DNA from: Octopus bimaculoides
Lineage: Eukaryota
Direction of reading: 5' to 3'
Assembly (NCBI RefSeq): GCF_001194135.2
Contig: NC_068982.1
Location: forward strand, 96,434,022-96,498,021
Length of the DNA: 64,000 bases
A program made the position numbers and the translations under genes. A model generated the notes under the pieces. That model made no database searches and was not told the DNA's origin. It worked only from the letters and a program-made list of their open reading frames with translations. Shown here one piece after another: positions 63,560 to 64,000 of this stretch. How positions within the stretch are numbered: the first letter of the stretch is position 1; each line of letters opens with the position of its first letter.

Positions 63560-63995
63560 CCTCAAAACATTGTATAAATATTTGGCTTATGAGTACAGTG
63601 AAAGTTATGTATGGAGATACCATCAACAAGTTAAGGGTTAACAAATTCAGTTGGGATTTAACATCCAAGTATTTATCAGTTCTTATGATCACCTTGATCA
63701 CCTAAACTGTTGGGGGCCATCTTTTTGTCACCACTGGTCATAGCACACTGTCCATTCCCCTCTGAATCATGTCTTCCTCATCTTATCATACTCATGATTA
63801 TTATTATAGCTTTCCAGACTATAACAGAAGAGTTTAAAATCAACTGTCCATGGTAACTTTTGTATGCTTATGACTTAATTCCTATACCTGAATCTGCTGC
63901 AGAATTTAATTTTAGAAGAAATTCCAAACATAGAAGCAAAATCTAGAATTGGAAGGCCTTAAAGTAAACCTAGCAAAGACAAAAGGAAAGACCAC
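63560..63995 (+). pseudogene. RTE LINE reverse transcriptase remnant
   Basis: ITEEFKINCPW.LLYAYDLI.IPESAAE...KFQT.KQNLELEGLKVNLAKTK = decayed LLYADDL...GLKVN..KTK. Confidence 0.75.
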
Positions 63996-64000
63996 ATGAC

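Overview
Repeat-saturated, AT-rich eukaryotic DNA with three assembly gaps. The repeat families and microsatellite load resemble an Octopus/coleoid cephalopod intronic or intergenic region; this taxon call is an inference from pattern recall, not a database result. No intact protein-coding gene, rRNA, true tRNA or CRISPR array is visible. The window is mostly tRNA-derived SINEs (several families), 5'-truncated RTE LINE 3' ends, decayed RTE, CR1, R4/Dong, Gypsy, hAT, Tigger and mariner coding remnants, and TA-, TTAA- and 8-bp-TSD MITEs. Two or three weak candidate exons of an unidentified + strand host gene are present. The most interesting signal is a set of hammerhead-ribozyme (HHR)-like motifs. 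Two copies of one element join a tRNA-type Pol III head, an (AAT)n linker and a minimal type I hammerhead core with a palindromic helix III (28037-28252 +, 42405-42703 -). Three or four fold-back elements consist of two inverted HHR-like arms (14952-15037, 22745-22882, 30542-30619, possibly 53409-53545). All coordinates were counted by hand and may be off by a few bases; the boundaries of decayed elements are approximate.
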